A stretch of DNA of 64,000 bases from a bacterium (GCA_037137535.1 JBAXKC010000003.1:32001-96000); one strand, 5' to 3'. Positions 1 to 10,198 are shown, numbered from the stretch's first letter. Translations and numbers: made by a program. The notes: generated by a model not told the origin, from the sequence alone.

Positions 1-210
1 ATAAAAAGTCAAAAAATAACCTTTCTTACAAATTAATTTCATGTTATATTTTTTCTGCAAGCACTAAAGCTCCTAACGCTCAAAAAGTTAGGAGAAATTT
101 ATTAACAAATAAGAATAATCGATCAAATTATACCCACTTTTTAAATATAAAACATAATATCAAATTAGTCAAGTGCAAATTTGCTCAAATATGTTTTTTG
201 AAGGAACTCT

Positions 211-738
211 ATGCTTATCATTGAGCTTAAAATAAGAACATTTATTAGCCAGAGAGGAATAACTCTCAGCGAATTGGCAGGAATCCTGAAATATGACGTA
301 GGATTCCTGCATAATGTTTTAAAAGGAAAAAGATCAATGCCTGAAGCAATGGCAGATAATTTACAAAAGTTATTTCAAATTACTGAAAATGACCTTATAG
401 GTTGGACAATTGCTGATAAATATACCCTTAATTCTCTAAAAAGCGCACTTGCAGAAAAAGAACTTAATGTAAAATCATCAACTGTTTTTACCGATAAAAT
501 AAATGGAATCCTAAGGCAAAAGGGGTTCTCAAGAACCGACCTCAGTAAAATCATAAGTTATAGCCAAAGTGCTTTAAATCAAATAATCACAGGAAAAAGA
601 CCATTGTCGGCTGTTGTAGCAGAGAAACTCTCAACATCATTGGATATTCCTTTACAAGAAATAATAGGCTGGAATTTGGCAGATAAATATTCATTAGAAT
701 CAATAAAAACAGCTAACGAAGAAAAATCTCGTTTATAA
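211..738 (+). CDS. Tandem XRE/Cro-type HTH transcriptional regulator (two duplicated HTH modules)
   Basis: Two HTH_3-like segments (RGITLSELAGIL..FLHNVLKGKR; KGFSRTDLSKII..ALNQIITGKR), each followed by IGWxxADKYxLxSxKxA; SD AAGGA upstream. Confidence 0.8.
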   Translation: MLIIELKIRTFISQRGITLSELAGILKYDVGFLHNVLKGKRSMPEAMADNLQKLFQITENDLIGWTIADKYTLNSLKSALAEKELNVKSSTVFTDKINGILRQKGFSRTDLSKIISYSQSALNQIITGKRPLSAVVAEKLSTSLDIPLQEIIGWNLADKYSLESIKTANEEKSRL

Positions 739-1713
739 ATCAGGATTCAAAAGATAACACCTTGCATAATGATTTAAAGACACGTCATAGCTCGGTGGCG
801 GATTTCCTTTACAAATATCCATAACATAAGGACATCTTGTATGAAACTTACAACCTGAAGGTGGATTTGACGGGCTGGGTAAGTCTCCTTTAAGGATAAT
901 TCTTCCTGACGTATTCGCTTTAGGATTAGCTATAGGATTTGAACTAAGCAAAACCTGTGTATATGGATGTTTTGGGTTGTTATAAAGCTCATCACAATCA
1001 GCAAGCTCAACTATTTCACCAAGATACATCACCGCAACCCTTGTACTCACATATTTTACAATACTTAAATCATGCGAAATAAATAAATAAGTAAGTCCGA
1101 GTTCATTTTTTAATTCTTCCATTAAATTGATAATTTGTGCCTGAATACTCACATCTAAAGCACTTACAGGCTCATCAGCCACGATAAACTCGGGATTTAA
1201 TGCCAAAGCTCTAGCAATTACAATCCTTTGTCTTTGCCCGCCTGAAAACTCATGCGGATAACGATTTAATGAGTCTTTTGCAAGCCCTGTCATATCAGCC
1301 AGTTCATTAATTCTATTATTTATATTTTCTTTTGAACGTTCTCCATGAACAATAAAAGGCTCTGATAAAATTTCTTTTATTTTCATTCTGGGGTTAAGGC
1401 TTGAATAGGGATTTTGAAAGACTATTTGCATTCTTTTTCTAAGGTTTTTTTGTTCTTTTTTATCATGAGTTAATATATTTGTGCCACCAAAAAGGACTTC
1501 ACCCGATGTTGCGGGAATAAGACCTAAAACGCATCGACCGGTAGTAGATTTACCACAACCCGATTCCCCGACAAGCCCAAGTGTTTCGCCTTTATTTATA
1601 TCAAAACTTACGTTATTTACAGCATGAATAGCACCGATTTCCCTATTAAAAAAACCTGCTTTTATAGGAAAATCCTTAATTAAATTTTTAACTGATAATA
1701 AAATTTCACTCAT
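733..1713 (-). CDS. oppF: Oligopeptide/dipeptide ABC transporter ATP-binding subunit (OppF/AppF family)
   Basis: Walker A GESGCGKST, signature FSGGQRQR, ADEPVSALD, C-terminal HPYT..GCKFHTRC. Confidence 0.9.
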   Translation of the reverse strand: MSEILLSVKNLIKDFPIKAGFFNREIGAIHAVNNVSFDINKGETLGLVGESGCGKSTTGRCVLGLIPATSGEVLFGGTNILTHDKKEQKNLRKRMQIVFQNPYSSLNPRMKIKEILSEPFIVHGERSKENINNRINELADMTGLAKDSLNRYPHEFSGGQRQRIVIARALALNPEFIVADEPVSALDVSIQAQIINLMEELKNELGLTYLFISHDLSIVKYVSTRVAVMYLGEIVELADCDELYNNPKHPYTQVLLSSNPIANPKANTSGRIILKGDLPSPSNPPSGCKFHTRCPYVMDICKGNPPPSYDVSLNHYARCYLLNPDL

Positions 1714-1920
1714 AATCTTAACTGTTTTAACCTTATTAAAACGTATTAATTTATTATACTACCTTTTCAAGATTTAAATGAGATACAGTTATACTAACTA
1801 TAAAGTAACATATTGGCTATATCACGGTCTAATAAATCATTTTGTTGCAGGTAATAACTTAAACAACAGCCCTTTAATTTAATAAAATCAAAGGGCTAAA
1901 ATTTTTATATAAAAATATTC

Positions 1921-3483
1921 TTATACTTTTTGTTCTGCTTTAGTTAAGTTATTAATAATATTTAATCCGTTAAAAATAGCTTTAACGTTTGCTTTAGCAG
2001 TACTAGGGTCTTTCCCTCTACACGTTACGGCATCGCCTGCAGGGTTTAAAAGCTGAATAACCGTTGCTGCTTCAGCTGAAACACCTTTTGTTTCTTCGGC
2101 AAGGGCAATTTGCTCATAATGAAGAAGTTTTTGAGGAAAGCCGACATCCGCAAGAGCATTAAGGCAAGATTCAAGAGGGCCTTCACCATGTCCGTTAACG
2201 TCATATTCTTTTGAATTGTAATTAAATATAAGGCGATATTCTTCTCTTGCTTCGTTATTAAGCCTTTTAAATCCGATAAGTTTAAACGGCCCTTCAACAT
2301 TATATAAATTATCAAAATAAATATTAATAATTTCTTCGATTGAAAGTTCACCAAGTTTTTCTGATTTTTCTTTTGCTGCTGGAAGAAGCCTTATTGCTTC
2401 TTCAACAGTTATAGGATAGCCTGCTTTTCTAATAATTTCATAGAGAGCCGTTTTACCTGATTGACTTGTAAAACCTAAATGCTCATCATCATCTCGACCT
2501 ATTAGTGACGGATGAATCGGTCTATAAGCACCTTTTTCCATGTTTTTAGTCTTAGACACACCGTCCTGATGAATTCCACTTCTATGAGCAAGTGCATCAG
2601 GTCCGACTAACGGGCTTTTTTCATATACGGGAATAGCCGACATTTCAGCAACAGTCAACGCTGTTTCGTAAATTTTTGAAAAATCTAAAGGAACATTTAC
2701 TCCGCTGTTATGTAAACTTGTTGCAACTTCAAAAATATTAGTATTTCCAGCTCTTTCTCCAAGTCCATTCAAGCAGACTTCAAGCTGAGTTGCTCCTCCA
2801 AAAAAGCTTTCAACTGTTGTAGCGGTTGCCATTCCAAGATCATTATGACAATGAACGGCAATCATTACATTTTTTGGAATTGCATTATAAACTTCTTCTA
2901 CCATTTTCACAAAGGCCATAGGTCTTGTTCTTTCAACGGTATTAGGAAGATTTAAAACAGTAGCTCCTGCCGCTACAATCTCTTGAAGAGAGTCAATGAC
3001 AAAAGAAAGATTTTCTCCACAATCACCGAAGTGTTCAACCGAAAATTGAACTTCTCCACGTTCTCCCATAAGTGATTTAGCGAATTTTACAGCATCTACT
3101 GCAATTTTTCTTATATCTTTGGGATCTTTTCTAAGCACATGCTCCATATTAAAAGGACTCATCGCTATAAAAGTATGAATTCTAGGCTTTGGCGCTAACT
3201 TAATAGCTTCTGCAACTTTTATAATATCTTTTTCAACTGCTCTTGCTAGTCCTGAAATCACAACATTATCAGGTGCTATACCTGCCAGATGCTGACAAGC
3301 CTCAAAATCCATATCACTCGCACCTGAAAAGCCTACTTCAATACCTTGAACACCCAGCTCGAGCAGTTTTCTGAATACTACTTCTTTTTGCCTTGTGTTC
3401 CATGGTCTTTTTAAGGCTTGGTTTCCATCTCTTAATGTAACGTCATAAAAGAAAGGCTGCCTTTGAATAGGACTGTCGCTCAT
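1921..3483 (-). CDS. leuA: 2-isopropylmalate synthase
   Basis: DVTLRDGNQ, HCHNDLG, NGLGERAGN, HRSGIHQDG and C-terminal regulatory domain (GEGPL). Confidence 0.85.
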   Translation of the reverse strand: MSDSPIQRQPFFYDVTLRDGNQALKRPWNTRQKEVVFRKLLELGVQGIEVGFSGASDMDFEACQHLAGIAPDNVVISGLARAVEKDIIKVAEAIKLAPKPRIHTFIAMSPFNMEHVLRKDPKDIRKIAVDAVKFAKSLMGERGEVQFSVEHFGDCGENLSFVIDSLQEIVAAGATVLNLPNTVERTRPMAFVKMVEEVYNAIPKNVMIAVHCHNDLGMATATTVESFFGGATQLEVCLNGLGERAGNTNIFEVATSLHNSGVNVPLDFSKIYETALTVAEMSAIPVYEKSPLVGPDALAHRSGIHQDGVSKTKNMEKGAYRPIHPSLIGRDDDEHLGFTSQSGKTALYEIIRKAGYPITVEEAIRLLPAAKEKSEKLGELSIEEIINIYFDNLYNVEGPFKLIGFKRLNNEAREEYRLIFNYNSKEYDVNGHGEGPLESCLNALADVGFPQKLLHYEQIALAEETKGVSAEAATVIQLLNPAGDAVTCRGKDPSTAKANVKAIFNGLNIINNLTKAEQKV

Positions 3484-3562
3484 TGAAAATCTCCATTATA
3501 CTTTTTATGATTTTAAATCATAACACGCAAAAACACTTAATTTCAATATCAATAAATGATTC

Positions 3563-5374
3563 TTAATACAGTTCCATTTTGCATTCTTTGCAATTAAATT
3601 TCAAAGTGTATTCTTTATTGTTTTCATCAATAAGAATCAAATCAGAACTATCGTTGGCTTTATTCTGTTTTGGGCATAAACTAAACTGATATCTCAAGCA
3701 ATGTTTAGTTTCCATAAGTCTTTTATTTTTTAAACAATCCGCAGAATTAGATAAAACTTCTTTTACCTCTGTTCCATGTCTTTCATAAAAGGCTTTTGCG
3801 TATTTATTCATTATATTTGCACTAAAATCAACTTGTTTTTGAGGATATGGATAATCATTTTTTTCTATAGAAAATCTTTCTATTTCGTAATTATTATTTC
3901 TTTCTGCTTCAAGTTTTTCTATTATAGTCCTTCTTATATTATTCAGCTCAGAAACAGGAATAAAAACAATAGAATTCCCTGTTATCTCAATATTATTAGA
4001 ATTAAATGCAGTTTCTCCGAGTTTTGAAAACTGTTTTTTAATATTTTCAATAGATTTCTGCTGATTCTGGGCAGGTTCAAAGTTATTAGGAATTATTTCA
4101 GTTGCTATGTTATTGTCTTCATCAGTTGCGTTAATAATAATATTATTTTTATTTAAATCTATATTAAAATTTATGCTTATTTTTCTGACCGTAATAGCAT
4201 TTTCAACAGTTTTAAGGAATTGATGATCATAGTTTCTGTATATATTCATCCCTCTTTTGATTATTTTAAGATTATTAGGACTTATTTTTTTGCCGTTAAC
4301 CATATTTACTGAAGTCCCGATAAGGTTTTCATATTGATCAAAGAAAGTCAGCCCATCGCCGTTATGTAAAGGCTCTAAGAGTTTATCCAATATAAAACAT
4401 TCTCTTGTTATTTCTTTTACACTTCCAACAAATTCCCCTATATTTTTCGGGCTGTCAAAAGAAGTTATTTTCGGTGTTCTATCATTAAGGAAATAATCAG
4501 TATAGCCTCTGTTAAAAGTTTTATCAGGGTTTGGAGAAAAACTTATAATTGCTTTGCCCGATGAAGTTGGTTTTATTTCCTTATTTTCAGCAATCATATC
4601 AAGCTTTTGTCTGTAATAAGACACTATGTTTTTAACATAATTAAGGTCTTTTAATCTTCCTTCTATTTTAAAGGAGGTTACGCCAGCATCTATTAGTTCT
4701 TCAAGGTTTTTTGAGAGATTCATATCTTTTAAAGACAATAAATGCGTATCTTCTGCTATAATTTTTCCTTTTTTATCAGTTAAAGAATATTTTTTACGGC
4801 AAGGCTGGGCACATTCGCCACGATTTCCGCTTCTTCCGCCAATTGACTGACTTAAATAACATTGTCCGCTGTAACATACGCATAAAGCACCATGAATAAA
4901 GGTTTCAAGTTCTATTTCAGTTTCTTTTTTTATTTTTTCAATTTCGCTTAAGCTCAACTCTCTTGCTAAAATTACCCTTTGAAATCCTGTTTTTTCAAGG
5001 AATTTAACTTTTTCAACAGAAGCATTATGTGTTTGTGTGCTTGCAAAAAGCTTAACAGGTGGCAAATCAAGTTCTAACAATCCCATATCTTGAATTATAA
5101 CTGCGTCAGCTCCGATCTCATACAGTTTTTGTATTAAATTTTGAGCTTTTATAATCTCATCATCGCTAAGAATTGTATTTACCGTTACATATACCTTTGC
5201 ATTATAAAAGTGAGCAAACTTAATAAGAGATTCTATATCTTCTATGGAATTGCCCGCAGCTGATCTTGCTCCAAATTTTGCAGCTCCAATGTATACGGCA
5301 TCTGCTCCGCATTTAATTGCTGTCATCCCATATTCACAGTTTTTTGCAGGTGCTAAAAGTTCTATTTTTTTCAT
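3563..5374 (-). CDS. rlhA: U32-family Fe-S protein, RlhA-like (23S rRNA hydroxylation)
   Basis: ELLAPA..GADAVYIG, HGALCVCYSGQC..CAQPCR, FKIEGR; long C-terminal extension typical of the RlhA subfamily. Confidence 0.75.
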   Translation of the reverse strand: MKKIELLAPAKNCEYGMTAIKCGADAVYIGAAKFGARSAAGNSIEDIESLIKFAHFYNAKVYVTVNTILSDDEIIKAQNLIQKLYEIGADAVIIQDMGLLELDLPPVKLFASTQTHNASVEKVKFLEKTGFQRVILARELSLSEIEKIKKETEIELETFIHGALCVCYSGQCYLSQSIGGRSGNRGECAQPCRKKYSLTDKKGKIIAEDTHLLSLKDMNLSKNLEELIDAGVTSFKIEGRLKDLNYVKNIVSYYRQKLDMIAENKEIKPTSSGKAIISFSPNPDKTFNRGYTDYFLNDRTPKITSFDSPKNIGEFVGSVKEITRECFILDKLLEPLHNGDGLTFFDQYENLIGTSVNMVNGKKISPNNLKIIKRGMNIYRNYDHQFLKTVENAITVRKISINFNIDLNKNNIIINATDEDNNIATEIIPNNFEPAQNQQKSIENIKKQFSKLGETAFNSNNIEITGNSIVFIPVSELNNIRRTIIEKLEAERNNNYEIERFSIEKNDYPYPQKQVDFSANIMNKYAKAFYERHGTEVKEVLSNSADCLKNKRLMETKHCLRYQFSLCPKQNKANDSSDLILIDENNKEYTLKFNCKECKMELY

Positions 5375-5440
5375 TTTTTGCTAAGCTTAATTTAACCTAA
5401 TTCTATTTTACATTAATATTCAATCATAAAACCGTCAAAA

Positions 5441-5458
5441 CTAACATTTTTCTAACAT
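5441..5458 (+). promoter_or_regulatory. Pho-box-like direct repeat upstream of the response regulator
   Basis: CTAACAT at 5441 and 5452 (11-bp period), typical of OmpR/PhoB-family sites. Confidence 0.4.
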
Positions 5459-5502
5459 GTTTATGTGAAATTAATCTTAATATGAAAACTCGGAGAACTT
5501 TA

Positions 5503-6189
5503 ATGCCAAAAGAAAAAATATTTATAGTTGAAGATGAAGAAGATATTCTCGAACTTGTCAGATACAACCTTGCAAAAGAGGGCTACGAGGTAGATGGCGT
5601 AATGTCAGGTGAAGAAGCACTTAAAGTTATAAAACAGAAAATGCCTGATTTAATTATATTAGACCTTATGTTACCTGGTGTTGATGGATTACAGGTTTGT
5701 AAAACAATAAAATCAACGGTTGAAACAAAGCATATCCCTGTTGTAATGCTTACTGCAAAAGGCGAAGAGTCTGATATTGTCATGGGGCTTGAGCTAGGGG
5801 CAGATGATTATGTAACAAAGCCCTTTAGCCCTAAAGTTTTAATGGCAAGAATCAAAACAGTTTTAAGACGAAAAAGCAGTGAAGAAATTGATGAAGAATC
5901 AACGGTAAAAATAGATGAATTAATCATCTATCCAGGGAAACGAGAAGTATTAGTTGAAGGTGAGCCTGTAATCTTAACTTATACAGAATTTCAGGTGTTA
6001 CACTTACTTGCAAGAAGACCGGGATGGGTTTTTACAAGATATCAGATTGTAGGAACAGTACATGGAGAAGAATATGATGTTACCGATCGTTCAGTAGACG
6101 TTTTAATAGTCGGTTTAAGAAAAAAACTGGGTTCTTACGGTTCTTATATTGAAACTGTAAGAGGTGTGGGATATAAATTTAAGGATTAA
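5503..6189 (+). CDS. phoB: OmpR/PhoB-family response regulator (PhoB/PhoP-like)
   Basis: REC domain (VEDE, LDLMLP, KPF) plus winged helix (ETVRGVGY); start placed at 5503 behind GGAG. Confidence 0.8.
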   Translation: MPKEKIFIVEDEEDILELVRYNLAKEGYEVDGVMSGEEALKVIKQKMPDLIILDLMLPGVDGLQVCKTIKSTVETKHIPVVMLTAKGEESDIVMGLELGADDYVTKPFSPKVLMARIKTVLRRKSSEEIDEESTVKIDELIIYPGKREVLVEGEPVILTYTEFQVLHLLARRPGWVFTRYQIVGTVHGEEYDVTDRSVDVLIVGLRKKLGSYGSYIETVRGVGYKFKD

Positions 6190-6192
6190 AAA

Positions 6193-7965
6193 ATGCACAA
6201 AAAAAGGCTTTTATGGCGTTTATTTCCTTCTTATCTACTTATAACAATGGTTTCTCTTCTCTGTATAACTTTTTATTTTTCAGAATTTCAAAAAAGTTTC
6301 TACCTGAAGAATCTTTCAGATGAGCTTAAAATAAAAGCCTCAATGCTTTCAGAAAGATTTAGTCTGAATTCTGAAAATTCTTCAATACAAGAATCGGTTA
6401 AAAAGATTTCCGCACTTTCCTCAATGAGGATAACTTTTATTGATATAAAAGGAAATGTAGTCGCTGAAAGTTCTAAAATTCATAAAAAATTAGAAAATCA
6501 TCTTAAAAGACCTGAAATTCAATCTGCGATTAAAGGCAAAGTTTTTGTAACTAAAAGGTACAGCCACACAACAGGTCAAGAAATGCTATATGCAGCAGCT
6601 CCTGTAATTAAACAGGGACATATTATCGGTGCAATAAGAGTTTCAATACCTTTAAAGCCTATAAATATCGCATTAATAAACATTTATGAAAATATTGCCG
6701 TAGTTGGGCTATTAATATCAATATTCGCTGCTTTTTTAAGTCATTATGTCAGTAAAAGGCTTAGCAGCCCAATTGAAAAGCTTGAAGAAGGAGCTATGAA
6801 TTTTGCGAAAGGTGAGCTTAATCACAGACTTACAGTTCCGGGATATCGTGAAATAACAGGACTTGCCGAAGCAATGAATCAAATGGCTTCACAGCTTGAC
6901 GAACGTATAAGAATGATAACTGAGCAAAAAAATGAACAGGAAGCAGTATTTTCAAGCATGGTAGAAGGGGTTATTGCCGTAGATATTGATGAATGTATAA
7001 TTCACATGAATCAAGCCGCTGCAAAACTTATAGGAATAAGCGCAGAGGAAGCCGAAGGCTGTAAAATCCATGAAATTATTCAGAATACTGACTTACAATA
7101 CTTGATAGATAAGGCATTAACGGGATTAAAATCAGTAGAAGGCGATATAACGCTTGTTTATAATAATGACAAAAAACATATTCAGGTAAACAGTACAGTA
7201 TGGCGTGATTCGAAAGGCAACAGCATAGGTGCTGTCGTTGTTTTAAATGATGTGACAAGGCTTAGAAAACTTGAAAATATGCGTAAAGAGTTTGTGGCAA
7301 ATGTTTCGCATGAGCTTAAAACACCAATAACTTCAATAAAAGGCTTTGTTGAAACTTTATTAGACGGGGCGATTGATGACAGAGAAGATGCCGAAAGGTT
7401 TTTACATATTATAAAAAAACATGCCGACAGATTAACCGCAATTATTGAGGATTTATTAAGTATTTCCCGATTAGAACAGGAATCAGGAACTGCGGAAATC
7501 TATCTTGAAGAAACAAAAATATGCGAAGTCTTAAAATCAGCCGTTTGTGCTTGTTTACCAAAAGCTGAATCTAAAGGTGTGAATATAAAAATTGAGTGTA
7601 ATTCTGAATTAAGTGCAAATTTAAATAACTCTCTTTTAGAGCAGGCAATAGTTAATCTTATAGACAATGCCATAAAATACAGCGAAACCAAAAAAGATGT
7701 ATTAGTTTCCGTAAATAAACATGAAAATAAACTCTCCGTTGAAGTAAGAGATTACGGAGTCGGTATTCCCGAAGAGCATCTTTCACGTTTATTTGAAAGA
7801 TTTTACAGAGTTGATAAAGCAAGAAGCCGTAAAATGGGGGGAACAGGTCTTGGGCTGTCCATTGTTAAGCATATTGCAGGACTTCATGGTGGAGGTGTTG
7901 ACGTTAAAAGTGAAATAGGCAAAGGAAGTTCATTCTTTATTTATTTGCCTTCAATTCAAAATTAA
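6193..7965 (+). CDS. phoR: PhoR-like sensor histidine kinase (2 TM, HAMP, PAS, HisKA, HATPase)
   Basis: ENHLKRPEI sensor motif, FVANVSHELKTP H-box, NLIDNAIKY, FERFYRVDKARSR..GGTGLGL. Confidence 0.85.
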   Translation: MHKKRLLWRLFPSYLLITMVSLLCITFYFSEFQKSFYLKNLSDELKIKASMLSERFSLNSENSSIQESVKKISALSSMRITFIDIKGNVVAESSKIHKKLENHLKRPEIQSAIKGKVFVTKRYSHTTGQEMLYAAAPVIKQGHIIGAIRVSIPLKPINIALINIYENIAVVGLLISIFAAFLSHYVSKRLSSPIEKLEEGAMNFAKGELNHRLTVPGYREITGLAEAMNQMASQLDERIRMITEQKNEQEAVFSSMVEGVIAVDIDECIIHMNQAAAKLIGISAEEAEGCKIHEIIQNTDLQYLIDKALTGLKSVEGDITLVYNNDKKHIQVNSTVWRDSKGNSIGAVVVLNDVTRLRKLENMRKEFVANVSHELKTPITSIKGFVETLLDGAIDDREDAERFLHIIKKHADRLTAIIEDLLSISRLEQESGTAEIYLEETKICEVLKSAVCACLPKAESKGVNIKIECNSELSANLNNSLLEQAIVNLIDNAIKYSETKKDVLVSVNKHENKLSVEVRDYGVGIPEEHLSRLFERFYRVDKARSRKMGGTGLGLSIVKHIAGLHGGGVDVKSEIGKGSSFFIYLPSIQN

Positions 7966-8426
7966 CAGCCACGAGTTCCTTTTTTCTCATAATATTTTTG
8001 ATGATATTCTTCTGCTCTGTAAAAAGTTTCAGCAGGAATTATTTCAGTAACGATAGGATTTTTATAAATCCCCATGTTTTCTGTTTTTTTCTTGGATTCT
8101 GTAGCTTTTTCTCTTTGTTCTTCACTATGGTAAAAAATAACTGATCTATATTGAGAGCCAACATCAAGACCTTGCATGTTTAAAGTTGTAGGGTCATGAA
8201 TTTGCCAGAAAACATCTAATAAATCATCATAAGAAACTATATTAGGATCAAAAAGAATTTCTACCGCTTCAGCATGTCCTGTTGAATGACTGCATACTTC
8301 TTCATAAGTAGGATTTACTGTATTTCCACCTATATAACCGACAGTAGTTTCTTTTACTCCGTTAATCGAGGAAAATTCAGCTTCTATTCCCCAAAAACAT
8401 CCTGCCGCAAACGTTGCTTTTTCCAT
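7962..8426 (-). CDS. msrA: Peptide-methionine (S)-S-oxide reductase
   Basis: GCFWG active site, HDPT, QYRS, AEEYHQKY. Confidence 0.95.
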   Translation of the reverse strand: MEKATFAAGCFWGIEAEFSSINGVKETTVGYIGGNTVNPTYEEVCSHSTGHAEAVEILFDPNIVSYDDLLDVFWQIHDPTTLNMQGLDVGSQYRSVIFYHSEEQREKATESKKKTENMGIYKNPIVTEIIPAETFYRAEEYHQKYYEKKGTRGC

Positions 8427-8456
8427 TTTATTGCTCCTGATTTATTTTTACCAATG

Positions 8457-8485
8457 AAAATAGCTATGATATTAGTTCATAGCTA
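8457..8485 (-). terminator. Intrinsic terminator/attenuator upstream of msrA
   Basis: 9-bp inverted repeat TAGCTATGA/TCATAGCTA followed by UUUU on the minus strand. Confidence 0.6.
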
Positions 8486-8626
8486 GATTAGGGATATGTG
8501 TATCGTCGTCTTCTAAGGAGTATGTTTATATAATACTCGCATAACTAAAGTATGGTATCCTGCAAGCTTATGATTTAGTCTTAGTTGTGTCATCCAACTA
8601 AAGTATGGCTGCATTAAAAGCTATGA

Positions 8627-9715
8627 TTATTTATTGTTTTGAGTTGTCTTAAAATGCTTCTGGCTACAGCCTTTATATAGATTCCAATATTCAGCAATAG
8701 TATTTTTAAAATTAAAATCCGTAAGTGCTTTTGATTTACAACTTTTTATATGTTGAACTAATCTCGAAGGATTTTCTATAAGGTTATTAACATTTCTGAT
8801 AAGTGAATTAACGTTGTTATGTTCAAAAATGCAACCGCAATCATTCCATAATTCTCTTGACATAGGTGTGTCATTTGCAACAATAGCACATCCGTTCATT
8901 GCTGCTGTAATCTCCTGATGACCGGATGTTTCATACTCTGAAAGAGCTAAATATATAGAACTTTCTTCAAATGCCTTATTCATCTCTTCTTTTGAGGAGA
9001 TAAACTCAACATTTTTTATAGGTTGTATAGGATTATTCATGCCTATTGCTCTAATTTTTACATTTTGAGGGATTTTATAAGATAAATTTTTCAATAAATT
9101 AAGTTTATCTGAATCATGTTCATTTATTTGGGTTAAAATATAAGGTTTTTCGGGTGAACTCAATTCTTTAATTTCGTTAGCACCATTATATATGACGGTT
9201 ATAGGCTTCTTAAATTTATATACTTTTGAAAGAATATCACTTAAAAACCTTGAACCTGTTGTTACGCTTGAGGCTTCGTTTAAAGCATATTCTGCCAATT
9301 TTTTATAAATATCGGTTCTAAAACCTGCCGAATTATTTTTTAGCCACGAAAGTTTTGAGATAAACTCATCTTGCAATGTTAAAATAGAGGGAATATTACT
9401 TTTATCAACGCAAATACCGCTAAAGACTGAAGAATGAATTAAATCAGGATTAAAGTCTTTAATTGATTTTTCAATTTCAGTTTTTATATGTTTAAAATAT
9501 TTTGGATTGCTGTTAAAGGCTTTACTATGTTCAGGGGGTACATCAATATAAATTGATTCAAAATTATTATTGATAGAAGCTTCTTGTGATTTACCTAATA
9601 TAACCAATTTAACTTCGATATTAAAAGCCTTTGCATAATTTGCAATTTCTTTTAACAGTATCAAGCTTTTATCATAAGTGCTTGATACATATAAAATTTT
9701 AAACTTCTGTTCCAT
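8627..9715 (-). CDS. GT-B fold glycosyltransferase family 4-like protein (divergent)
   Basis: PDLIH, VIYNG, SIYLALSEYETSGH..AAMNGCAIVA resembling GT4 motifs. Confidence 0.65.
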   Translation of the reverse strand: MEQKFKILYVSSTYDKSLILLKEIANYAKAFNIEVKLVILGKSQEASINNNFESIYIDVPPEHSKAFNSNPKYFKHIKTEIEKSIKDFNPDLIHSSVFSGICVDKSNIPSILTLQDEFISKLSWLKNNSAGFRTDIYKKLAEYALNEASSVTTGSRFLSDILSKVYKFKKPITVIYNGANEIKELSSPEKPYILTQINEHDSDKLNLLKNLSYKIPQNVKIRAIGMNNPIQPIKNVEFISSKEEMNKAFEESSIYLALSEYETSGHQEITAAMNGCAIVANDTPMSRELWNDCGCIFEHNNVNSLIRNVNNLIENPSRLVQHIKSCKSKALTDFNFKNTIAEYWNLYKGCSQKHFKTTQNNK

Positions 9716-9851
9716 TTTATCCCCCTTTTAATGACCTTAACAGAACTTAAAATCCATTAAAGTCAGACATAGTATAAAATTAAACATCAATTGCGTTAAT
9801 AACCCGTAAGGTAGTTATAATAACTACAATTGGGTTAATTCGATGACACCC

Positions 9852-9894
9852 TTGACAAGTCGCAAATATTCGTATATTCTTATATTGGAATATA
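9852..9894 (+). promoter_or_regulatory. Sigma70 promoter overlapped by an ArsR-type operator
   Basis: TTGACA (9852) N17 TATTCT (9875); inverted repeat TATATTC-N8-GAATATA at 9873-9894. Confidence 0.65.
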
Positions 9895-9907
9895 GCGGGA
9901 TGAAAAC

Positions 9908-10198
9908 ATGATGGAAAAAGATTTTTCTTTATTGTCTATAAATTTTGATGACTATGCTGAAAAAATAAAGGCATTGGCTCACCCTACAAGACTTAAAATT
10001 GTAGCGGGTCTTTCCATGAAAAATGAATGTAATGTTACAAAAATGGCAGAATGTCTTAATATCCCTCAGCCGACAGTTTCACAGCATTTGAACATACTAA
10101 AAAATGCAGGAATAATAGAAGGATTTAGGCATGGAAATCAAATCTGCTATAAAGTTGTAGATGATTTTGCAAGACAAGCAGTAAGTTTACTTAAATAA
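9908..10198 (+). CDS. ArsR/SmtB-family transcriptional repressor
   Basis: KALAHPTRLKI, QPTVSQHLNILKNAG; three Cys. Confidence 0.9.
   Translation: MMEKDFSLLSINFDDYAEKIKALAHPTRLKIVAGLSMKNECNVTKMAECLNIPQPTVSQHLNILKNAGIIEGFRHGNQICYKVVDDFARQAVSLLK

Noticed and set aside
8513-8614. 33-codon minus-strand ORF (MQPYFSW...) within the msrA leader
   Set aside because: No SD and no informative composition; RNA structure explains the region better
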